A DNA stretch of 64,000 bases from an uncultured Planctomycetota bacterium (GTDB lineage: Bacteria; Planctomycetota; Planctomycetia; Isosphaerales; Isosphaeraceae): the NCBI GenBank assembly GCA_963823665.1, contig CAWGMQ010000007.1, forward strand, positions 288,001-352,000, in the 5' to 3' direction. The stretch's first letter is position 1, and every line of letters begins with the position of its first letter. Below the pieces are notes generated by a model. The model had not been told where the DNA came from and made no database searches. It saw nothing but the letters and a program-made list of their open reading frames with translations. Shown piece by piece: positions 55,479-64,000 of the stretch. Made by a program: the position numbers and the translations under genes.

Positions 55479-57858
55479 ATGCAGCGGCTGATTCGAGTTT
55501 CGCTAGCTGGGATGTTTTGTGTCGGCGTGGCGGCGTGTGTCGTGATCTGGCTCGCGGGTCTGTTCCCGCCGATGTGGACGGGGGCAGGGGAGTTGCGCCC
55601 TCGCGGACTCGGGGCGGACGGTGCGCAGGGCGCCCCCAAGGGCGAAGATTCGGCTGGCGAGGATCGGCGAAAAGCGAGGAAGTTCGAGCTGATCCTCGAA
55701 AAGTTCGAGGACGGAGGCTACGAAACCGTCGTTCGGTTCATGGCACCTATCAAAGACCTGGGATCGCTTGGAGAGCTGCGAGCGGCCATTGGTGGCCGCG
55801 GGCCGCGTGCTTTAGCTGCGCTTGAAGCGGAATATGCGCTCTTCAAGCTCGAATCGGAGCCCAGTGCCGAACAGGTGCAGAAGAAGCTGCGCCTCGAGCA
55901 ATCAATCGGGTTTGTGCACATGTATGAGGGGCGTTTTCGCGATGCGGGCGCGTGGCTCGAAAAGGCTCTCGAGACGGGCCGATCTGCGCTGGTGCCGGCG
56001 AAGACTCGGAGCCGGCTGATGGCGGTCCTGGGAATCGTAGCCATGCGTCGGGGCGAGATCGAGAACTGCCTGGAGTGCGCCGGGCCCTCGAGCTGCATCT
56101 TTCCGATCGCGAAGGAGGCCCAGCATCAAAACCCCGCTGGCTCGCGCGAGGCCATCAAATGGTTCACGGCCTACCTCGAGGAATCTCCGCGGGATCTGCG
56201 CATCATCTGGCTCTTGAACATCGCCTACATGACGCTTGGCGAGCATCCCGAGAAAGTGCCGCCGCAATACCTGATCCCGACAGAGGTGTTTCGCTCGAAC
56301 GCGGTGATTGCTCCGTTTGCGAATGTCGCGCTTCGAGCCGGGATCGGTGTGCGCGGCCCGAATCTGGCAGGTGGGAGTATCTTCGACGACCTGAACGGCG
56401 ACAACCTGCCGGACCTTTTCACGACATCGCTTGATGCGGACCTGGGTGCGACTCTGCTCATCAACCGTGGTGACGGCCGGTTCGAAGACCGGTCAAGCGC
56501 CGCTGGGCTCGTCGATCAAGTGTATGCGCTCAACGTCACACGAGCCGATTTCGACAACGATGGTGATCTCGATGTTCTGCTCTTGCGCGGGGGCTGGGAG
56601 AAGCCGCTGCGCATGTCGCTTTTGCGCAACGACGGCGGACGTTTCGCCGACGTGACGGTCGCAAGCGGCCTCGCGGAGCCGATCGCGTCGGAATCGGCCG
56701 CCTGGGGTGATTACGACAACGACGGATATGCGGATGTCTTCGTTTGTGGTGAGTATCTTCCGCCGGGCGGTGCGCCGTCGCAGGGGCAGGGCGATCCCCG
56801 CAATCGCAGCAGGCTGTATCGCAATCAGGGGAATGGGACGTTCAAGGATGTCGCGGAGGCGGCGGGAGTCACCGACCTGAGATGCGCCAAGGGATCGGCC
56901 TGGGGAGATTACGACGACGACGGCCGGATCGATCTGTTCGTGTCGAACATGGGCCAGCCGTGCCGGTTGTACCACAATGAAGGCGACGGCAAGTTCAAGG
57001 ACGTCGCGCCTGATCTCGGCGTGACCGGGCCCGACTTCAGCTTTGCGTGCTGGTTCTGGGATTTCGACAACGACGGTCGGCTCGACCTCTACGTCAACGA
57101 TTACCGCGCTCGCGTGGCCGAGGTGCTCGCAAGTGCGATGGGCGTGAAGCTTCAAGGATCGAGCCGGCCGCGTCTCTACCGCAACCTGGGAGCCGACGGT
57201 TTCCGCGATGTCTCGGAGGAAGTTGGTCTCGACAGGGCGATGGCACCGATGGGCGCGAATTTCGGCGACATCGACAACGACGGTTACCTGGACATCTACC
57301 TGGGGACCGGCGACATGTCCTACGAGGGGCTGGATGTAAACCTCTTATTCAAAAACGTCGATGGATATAAATTCGCCGATGTGACTATGAGCTCGATTCA
57401 CCGGCCACCTGCAGAAGGGGCACGGAGTTTCGTTCGCCGATTGGGACGGTGACGGCGATCTCGACCTGTTTGTCGAGCTGGGCGGTGCGACCCCAGGCGA
57501 TCGGGGTTTCAACGCCCTGTTCGAGAATCACCTCGAGGGAAGGAACTGGCTCAAGCTGAAGCTGACCGGCACCAAGACGAACCGAGCCGCCCTGGGCGCG
57601 AAGCTCCGGGTTGACCTCAAGTCGGCGGACGGCACATCGCGGTCGATTCACCGAACGATCGGCAACAATTCCAGCTTTGGCGGCAACTGTCTGGTTGAGA
57701 CGATCGGGCTGCTCGACGCGAAGCGCGTAGACGAGCTCGTCGTGCGGTGGCCCACGAGCGGGACGACCCAGACATTCCGCGAAATCCCGGCTGGTCAGAT
57801 GATCGAGATCGTAGAGGGCTCTTCCGCGTTCAAGGTGCTTTCGCCGGCGGGGCGGTGA
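55479..57858 (+). CDS. CRTAC1/FG-GAP repeat, ASPIC-UnbV family protein (frameshift near 57395)
   Basis: Repeated DxDNDGxxD motifs; HLQKGHGVSFADWDGDGDLD and NRAALGAK in the downstream frame. Confidence 0.9.
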
Positions 57859-57877
57859 CGCGAGTGCGGGGCAAAGA

Positions 57878-59539
57878 GTGATCGAGGGCATGCGGGTCTT
57901 CTTGACGGGGTCCGGGAGGTCTCGAACGACGGTGGTCACGGCGACGACCGGCGTCGTGCTTGCGCTCGTCGGTCTTGCGGGATGGCTATGGTGTTCGGCG
58001 AAGACCGACACGTCATTTTCCAGGTCGAGGGTATCGCGGCTCGTTCGTGCGAACGTTCGGCTCGCGCCGGGGCTGTACATGCTGGGTGATCTGGCGCCGT
58101 CGGCCGTGTACATCATCGAAAGCTCGGATGGCCTGATCCTGGTCGACTCCGGGCTCGATTCGGAAGCAGCGCCGCTGAAGGCTGAAATGACGAAGCTCGG
58201 GCTCGACTGGAAGCGGGTGCGCGCCATTCTGCTCACGCACTCGCACGGCGATCACACAGGGGGAGCCCAAGCTTTGCGGCTTGCGACCGGAGCCAAGGTT
58301 TACGCCGGGGAAGGGGATGTTGCGGTGCTTGCGGCAGGGGGGCCGCGCGAGGCGGTTTTCAGCACGTTCTACATGCCCGACTATAAGCCACACGCGACCA
58401 GTGTGGATGTCGCGCTCAAGGGAGATGAGACGATCGCGTTGGGGGACGTGCACATTCGAGCAATCGCCGCGAAAGGCCACACGCCGGGAAGCATGTGTTA
58501 TGTGCTGGAGCGGAAAGACTTCCATGCATTGTTCGCGGGAGACGTGATCATGATGTTGCGGGGTGACGTGCCGCCTCGCACGGAGCTGGGCAAGCCGCTG
58601 GGCACGTATTCTGTCTATCTGTCGAGCCGCTATCGAGGTAACGCCAAGGATTACCTTGATACACTTCGCCGTTTAAGGCAGATGCCGGTTCCCGACCTTG
58701 TACTGCCCGGGCATCCGCGTGCGGATGTTTCTCCGGAGAGCCCATGCCTGAGTCAGGAGCGATGGGAATCGTTGCTCGATCGAGGGATTGGCGACGTGGA
58801 AACCGTTCTCTCGAGGTACACAGCCGACGGCGCCGACTTCCTCGATGGCGTACCGAAGGCTCTTCTGCCGGACTTGTACTATCTCGGTAACTTCCGAGGG
58901 TGGGCAGTCTATGCGTTCTTTGCGTCATCAAAGTGCTTCCTGGTCGATGCACCGGGTGGCCCGGGCCTGCTCGAGTTTGTGAGGACGGGGCTGCGGCGGC
59001 TGGGCCGTGAGCCGACGGACCCAGCGGCCGTATTGCTCACGTCTTGCGGCAGGTCGGCGACGGCCGGGCTCAACGAGCTTGTCGAACAATGCCGCGCCGC
59101 GGTGGTGGCATCATACGACGGGGTGGAGCGTCTCAGGGAGTCGTTCCCGCCGGGGACGACGATCATTCCGGCGGAGGAGTTGCCGGCCAAGGGATGGTTC
59201 CCGGTCGTGTCGATTCCACTTCGCGGCATCGGGTTTGCACCGGCAGCTTATGAGCTTCGCTGGTCGGAAAAGACGGTGCTCTTTACCGGGAGGATTCCGC
59301 TGCTCGTGACGCAGGAGACAGGGCAAAGATTGATCGGCGACCTGACGACTTCAGGCGGAGATGTTCGCGGCTATTCGGCGTCGATCGATGACTTGCGGAC
59401 GCGGAAGCCGGATCTCTGGCTGCCTGCGATTCCCGTGAACGATCAGAATGCAAATCTGTACGACTTCGACTGGCAACGCGTGATGGAAGACAATACCTTG
59501 CTTGTTAATGTAATTCTATCTTCCGACAGGAAACGATGA
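57878..59539 (+). CDS. Metallo-beta-lactamase-fold hydrolase with a second degenerate MBL domain
   Basis: THSHGDH, GHTPG, FAGD and PGH motifs; the second domain has LLTS in place of the His motif; N-terminal TM. Confidence 0.9.
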   Translation: MIEGMRVFLTGSGRSRTTVVTATTGVVLALVGLAGWLWCSAKTDTSFSRSRVSRLVRANVRLAPGLYMLGDLAPSAVYIIESSDGLILVDSGLDSEAAPLKAEMTKLGLDWKRVRAILLTHSHGDHTGGAQALRLATGAKVYAGEGDVAVLAAGGPREAVFSTFYMPDYKPHATSVDVALKGDETIALGDVHIRAIAAKGHTPGSMCYVLERKDFHALFAGDVIMMLRGDVPPRTELGKPLGTYSVYLSSRYRGNAKDYLDTLRRLRQMPVPDLVLPGHPRADVSPESPCLSQERWESLLDRGIGDVETVLSRYTADGADFLDGVPKALLPDLYYLGNFRGWAVYAFFASSKCFLVDAPGGPGLLEFVRTGLRRLGREPTDPAAVLLTSCGRSATAGLNELVEQCRAAVVASYDGVERLRESFPPGTTIIPAEELPAKGWFPVVSIPLRGIGFAPAAYELRWSEKTVLFTGRIPLLVTQETGQRLIGDLTTSGGDVRGYSASIDDLRTRKPDLWLPAIPVNDQNANLYDFDWQRVMEDNTLLVNVILSSDRKR

Positions 59540-59560
59540 ATATCGTGCCTGGCGGCTGCG

Positions 59561-61945
59561 CTAGCGATCGGATGTTCGCGCGACGAATGCGGGCTGCTTG
59601 AGCACCTTGAACGATGCTTCGCCTTCGGTGATCTCGATTGATTGACCGGCGGCGACGTTCTCGAAGGTTTGCTGTGCGTGGCTCGTTGGCCAGGTAACCG
59701 TGAGGCGCGCGATCGACCTGGCGTCACCGAGACCGATCAACTGGACGGTGGTGTTGCCGCCGAAGCTGCCGTTATTGCCGACGGTGCGATAGACCGAGCG
59801 TTTTGCTCCGTCGGGCGCGGTGAATTCGGCGTGGAGCTTGGCGCCCAAGGCCGATCGATTGGATTTGGTGCCGACGAGCTTGATTTTCAACCACTGGCGG
59901 TGATGGCCCGGGTTCTGGAAGAGCGCGTTGTACGACTGGTCGCCGGGATAGGCCCCGCCCAGGACGACGAAGAGATCGAGGTCGCCGTCGCAGTTCCAGT
60001 CGGCGAAGGAGACGCCGTGTCCTTTCTGGAGGTGAGACGTTCGGGATGACTGGGAGATGTCCTCGAAGCGGCGGCCGTCGATGTTCTTGAGCATGACGGC
60101 GGGCAAGAGGCCGGAGTAGGCCATGGTCCCGGTGCCGAAATAGACGTCGAGGAATCCGTCGTTGTCGATGTCGCCGAAGTTGGCGCCCATGGCCATGATG
60201 GGTGAATCGAGGCCTACTTCGAGGCTGACATCGGCGAAGCCCTTCTTGCCGAGATTTCGGTAAAGTCGAGGATGCGCAAGATCCTTTTTCTTGAAGCCGA
60301 GATGATGGGCGACGACGGCGGCTGAGACGCCGAAGTAGTCGTTGACGAACAGGTCGAGCCGGCCGTCGTTGTCGAAATCCCAGAACCAGGTCGAGAATGA
60401 ATTGCGGTGGCTGGGACCGACGAGTCCGAGATCGGGGGCGACGTCTTTGAAAGTGCCGTTTCCTTCGTTGTGGTAGAGCCGGCAGTCGCCATCGTAGACC
60501 GAGACGAAGAGGTCGAGCAGGCCGTCGTCGTCGTAATCGCCCCAGGCCGAGCCTTTGGCCATCTGCCTGATCACAATTCCCGCCGATTCCGCGACGTTTT
60601 TGAATGTGCCGTTGCCCTCGTTGTGGTAGAGGCGGCTCAAGTCGATCTGGTCCGGTTTGTCGCGAAGGAATTCGCCGCATATGAAGAGGTCGAGTCTGCC
60701 GTCATTGTCGTAGTCGCCCCACGCGGCCGATTCGGAGGCGATGGGGTCACCGAGCCCGCTTGAGATGGTCACGTCTTCGAAGACGCCAGTGCCTTTGTTT
60801 CGGAGGAGCGAGAGCCGGGCGCGACCAACCCACGCCCCGCGCAGCAGCACCACGTCGGAGTCACCGTCGTTGTCAAAGTCGCCCTGAGCGAGGTTAAGGA
60901 CGTAGATTTGCGGAATGAGCCCGGCCGTGGTGGATCGATCTTCAAATGAACCGTCACCGCGGTTGACGAACAGCGAGGCTCCGAGGTCGGCGTCAATGGC
61001 CGTTGTGAGCAGATCGGGCAAGCCGTCGCCGGTGAAGTCGTCGAAGATACTGCCGCCGGCCATGTTCGGGCCCCTGGCACACAGGCCGACTCTTAGCGAC
61101 ACGTTTTCGAATTGCCCGACATCGAGCTTGGAGGCGAATGCGTCGCGTGGAATCAAGTAGGCGGGGGGCACCTTTGCGGGATACTCTCCAAGCGTCATGT
61201 AGGCGATGTTCAGCAGCCAGCGCACGCGCAAGTCGCCGGGCGCCCATTCGAGGTAGCTGGAGAAGTGCTTGATCGCATCGCGAGAGCCGATCTTTTGGCG
61301 ATGAACGGCTGCGGCATCGAGCGGGTAGATGCAGCTTGATGGCCCCATGCAGTCGATACAATTCTCGGTTTCGCCGCGCCGCAGCGCGGCGATTCCGAGG
61401 AGGGCGTGGAATGTCGCCACGAGGTCCGGCGAGATCTGCGGGCGGCGACAGAGCGAGAGCCCCTGTTCAAGCCATTCGTTGGCCTCTGCGAATTTTCCTT
61501 CGAACATATAAAGCAAGCCAATCGCGCGGGCCAACAGGATTGCCTTGCTAACTTGTTGAAGGGTCGCGTTCGAGTCGATCTTGAGACGCTCATACTGGGC
61601 GCGCAGGTCTGCGATGCCGCGACGCCCCATGCCCTTCTGGGATTCACGCAATTCATCGAGTGAACTGTGGTCGTGGACTTTCCCCATGTAGGCGATGGCC
61701 GTCGAACCGATCCCATAGTCAAGATCGCTGCGCTCCACGTAAATCCGCGCGTTCGTTCCGGGCGCATTCGGGTCCGGAAACGCATCCGGGAGAGCGCTCG
61801 CGTCTTGTTGCGGCGCTGGTGCCGTCTGAGGCGGGGCGACAGGCGCGGACTTCCAGACATCAAAGCCCACGAGCCAGGCTGCCGCACCGGCAGCGATTGC
61901 CAGACAGCAAATCGCGACGCCCAGAACCTGGAATGGTGCCCGCAC
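59561..61945 (-). CDS. CRTAC1/FG-GAP repeat, ASPIC-UnbV family protein (paralog)
   Basis: DYDNDGRLD repeats, HLQKGHGVSFAD and NRSALGAK; likely GTG start at 61945 with signal anchor. Confidence 0.9.
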   Translation of the reverse strand: MRAPFQVLGVAICCLAIAAGAAAWLVGFDVWKSAPVAPPQTAPAPQQDASALPDAFPDPNAPGTNARIYVERSDLDYGIGSTAIAYMGKVHDHSSLDELRESQKGMGRRGIADLRAQYERLKIDSNATLQQVSKAILLARAIGLLYMFEGKFAEANEWLEQGLSLCRRPQISPDLVATFHALLGIAALRRGETENCIDCMGPSSCIYPLDAAAVHRQKIGSRDAIKHFSSYLEWAPGDLRVRWLLNIAYMTLGEYPAKVPPAYLIPRDAFASKLDVGQFENVSLRVGLCARGPNMAGGSIFDDFTGDGLPDLLTTAIDADLGASLFVNRGDGSFEDRSTTAGLIPQIYVLNLAQGDFDNDGDSDVVLLRGAWVGRARLSLLRNKGTGVFEDVTISSGLGDPIASESAAWGDYDNDGRLDLFICGEFLRDKPDQIDLSRLYHNEGNGTFKNVAESAGIVIRQMAKGSAWGDYDDDGLLDLFVSVYDGDCRLYHNEGNGTFKDVAPDLGLVGPSHRNSFSTWFWDFDNDGRLDLFVNDYFGVSAAVVAHHLGFKKKDLAHPRLYRNLGKKGFADVSLEVGLDSPIMAMGANFGDIDNDGFLDVYFGTGTMAYSGLLPAVMLKNIDGRRFEDISQSSRTSHLQKGHGVSFADWNCDGDLDLFVVLGGAYPGDQSYNALFQNPGHHRQWLKIKLVGTKSNRSALGAKLHAEFTAPDGAKRSVYRTVGNNGSFGGNTTVQLIGLGDARSIARLTVTWPTSHAQQTFENVAAGQSIEITEGEASFKVLKQPAFVARTSDR

Positions 61946-62430
61946 CTGACTCTCTCCGTCGCGGTCGCTGTTGTGATGCCGAAAACTCAACCGAACAGAC
62001 GGACTGAATTGATCATGAGGCGCCGAACTCGAGGCGCACCAAGACCGCACTCGCCAGGTGCGACTTCTGTAAAGTAATCTTAAGTAATCGCAGCGCGAAC
62101 CTTCTCTGAGATCCTTAGGAGTCTTGGCGTCAAACTCGCTTCGACTGGACCAAGAATCTCAGTTGGAAACGTGAAAACGGCAAGCCGGAGGGCTTTTTCT
62201 CACGATGGGCCTCAAGACGGCGCGTTTATGTAAGCCAGCGCGGCGGCTCCGGCCGCATTAATTGGCCAACGTTGGAGCGTCGTTGATTAATGAATGGTTC
62301 GCCGGCTTGAATAACGCTTCGGCGATTGCGCGGAGAAGAGTGATTATCGAGCCTCGGTCGAGGATCTGTTCCGGCGCGAGATGATCGGCCGTTTCGCGAG
62401 CGTAACGGCCTTCCGCATCAGGAGGCGAGA

Positions 62431-63195
62431 TTACGCGAGCGGGAGCTCGAAATCAGGACTCTGCACGTGGCGAATGTATCCTTCCGCATTCCGGTGTCCG
62501 CTCTCGATCCCTCGAAGCCGCGTGATTTGCTCCTGCAAACCATAATACCGGTCGGGCGACTGGCTTGCATGTGCATAGCACGCCCGCCGTTTACGCGGCT
62601 CGGTCTTGGAAATGTCGACATAATGCGTGGGCGCGAACTGGACAGTGTCCTCGCCGTTTGAGACTTCATAATAGTAGAACGCGAATCTCTTCTTCAACTT
62701 GAGCCACGCGTCGTACGCCAGCATCGAGATCGCGCGATGGTCTGCGTGATTGTCGATCGGCCAGTGAGTGAAAACGGCGTCGGGGTTCTCTGCCTCGATG
62801 ATCTTGCGGAACGCCTCGTAATGAGACGTGTCGACGATCGCCTGGCTGTTGAACTGTCCGGCATACAGCGGTTTCGCGCCGAGAATCTCGCACGCGTTCC
62901 TGGCTTCCGCTACCCGCGAGGCTCCCTCATCCTTGGGTGGCCACTCTCCGCGATTCAAGTAGAGGAGGGTTACTTCGTGGCCGAGGTCGCTGTAGCGGGC
63001 GATCGTGCCGCCACAGCCGTATTCGGGATCGCCCGGATGGCCACCTGTCACGATGATCTTCCGCCTGCGCTTCGGCTCTTTCACAGTGCCATCCGTCTGG
63101 ACCTGACGCGATGCGGAAAGCGCAGCGGAGATGGCTGCAGCACCTCCGAGCCCGCCAGCCTGCCCGAGCCACGTTCGCCGAGAAAATGGATTCAT
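62431..63195 (-). CDS. PIG-L/LmbE family deacetylase with Tat signal
   Basis: SRRTWL Tat motif; GHPGDPE..GGT, HADH and HASQ motifs. Confidence 0.9.
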   Translation of the reverse strand: MNPFSRRTWLGQAGGLGGAAAISAALSASRQVQTDGTVKEPKRRRKIIVTGGHPGDPEYGCGGTIARYSDLGHEVTLLYLNRGEWPPKDEGASRVAEARNACEILGAKPLYAGQFNSQAIVDTSHYEAFRKIIEAENPDAVFTHWPIDNHADHRAISMLAYDAWLKLKKRFAFYYYEVSNGEDTVQFAPTHYVDISKTEPRKRRACYAHASQSPDRYYGLQEQITRLRGIESGHRNAEGYIRHVQSPDFELPLA

Positions 63196-63750
63196 TGGAG
63201 TGCCTCACCTTTCACGCGGGCGACAGATAGGGCGGGAGTGCGTGTGTACTCAGAACTCAGGATATTCCTTTGCGCCGGGCGCGCTAGCCCCGAGCGCGCC
63301 GGCGATGGCTCGCCGATGCCAGAGCGAATGTCTGGGGATCGAAATGCGTCGTCTCGCTGGTAGAATACGAATGGATCGTATGGTCGAGGTGTGACTCTCG
63401 AAGAATGAACGGCTGAGTGACCACAGGCGAAATTCGTCGCCTCAGCGGCATCTAAACAATCCAATCCCGATGCGGACGCGAGTGCATTCGGCCCGGAGCG
63501 CCCGGTCACACGCTGGTGCTTGTGCGATCCCCAGCGCTCGCACTGGAGACGGCGCACTGAGGTTTGAGGCCGAGATCGATCTACGCAGCGATTCACAAAG
63601 CAAATCGCGGGCCATCATCGCCTCCGGCCTTGCGATCGAAAGCAGGATCGGTGTGCGTTCCAGAGCGACAAGTCCGGCGTGAGGCCGCCCAGCGTCTTAT
63701 CTCGGCGAACTGCGCTCAATCCAGAATACAAATTCCAAAATCGCCCGCTC

Positions 63751-64000
63751 CTACCGCGGTCGCATAATTGCGTAACAACCGCCGAGGACTATCAGCATGA
63801 TCACGGCCGCAGCGCAGGCCATATTGCGGTACCGCGCTCCGAGCCGTTCGTCGGAAACGAAGACCTTGTACACCAGGTACAACACATAAAACTCGATCGG
63901 CGGGAAAAGGATGCCCAGCAAAGCGCCTCGGAAAGCGCGCAAGCCATCGCGCTCGCGGGTGGTGAGCGGGGGCTCCTCCTCGAGGTCATCCTCCTCATCA
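63751..64000 (-). CDS. Membrane protein, 5' end outside the window
   Basis: Two TM helices at the C-terminus; the reading frame appears to run past the window edge. Confidence 0.5.
   Translation of the reverse strand, partial: DEEDDLEEEPPLTTRERDGLRAFRGALLGILFPPIEFYVLYLVYKVFVSDERLGARYRNMACAAAVIMLIVLGGCYAIMRPR

Noticed and set aside
57878..59539. Antibiotic-resistance metallo-beta-lactamase
   Set aside because: The motifs show only the MBL fold. The two-domain architecture does not establish beta-lactam hydrolysis.

Overview
GC-rich window that looks like a planctomycete (Isosphaeraceae-like) chromosome, inferred from gene content only. About a dozen single-base frameshifts split otherwise intact genes, most likely long-read indel errors. 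Layout: (1) 0.6-3.2 kb, a toxin-deleted TA locus and a long non-coding repeat. (2) 3.3-15.7 kb, a surface-glycan cluster (GT2, GT4, GT9, CDP-alcohol phosphotransferase, methyltransferase, deacetylase), a metallophosphoesterase, a ROK protein and a GmhA-like isomerase. (3) 16-30.6 kb, a co-oriented candidate anti-phage island: ABC ATPase plus DUF4276/TOPRIM-like pair, a ~2290-aa HEPN-like/Ser-Thr kinase/WD40 protein, a HEAT/ARM-like protein, a retron msr-msd ncRNA (27030-27267), a SWIM zinc-finger protein and an Mx162-like retron reverse transcriptase. (4) 30.6-39.4 kb, a decaying tandem duplication (tiny sorting-signal peptides, orphan HigA), a MarR unit with palindromic operators, a SEC-C protein and a second copy of the non-coding repeat. 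(5) 39.6-64 kb, a GT-C membrane glycosyltransferase, three large uncharacterised proteins, tRNA-Cys, two CRTAC1/ASPIC-UnbV proteins, an MBL hydrolase and a PIG-L deacetylase. The main result is the retron. Its ncRNA can be read directly from the sequence and lies between two accessory genes, about 1.7 kb upstream of the RT. It sits next to an unusual HEPN-kinase-WD40 giant. All family assignments come from reading motifs by eye; no database searches were run.
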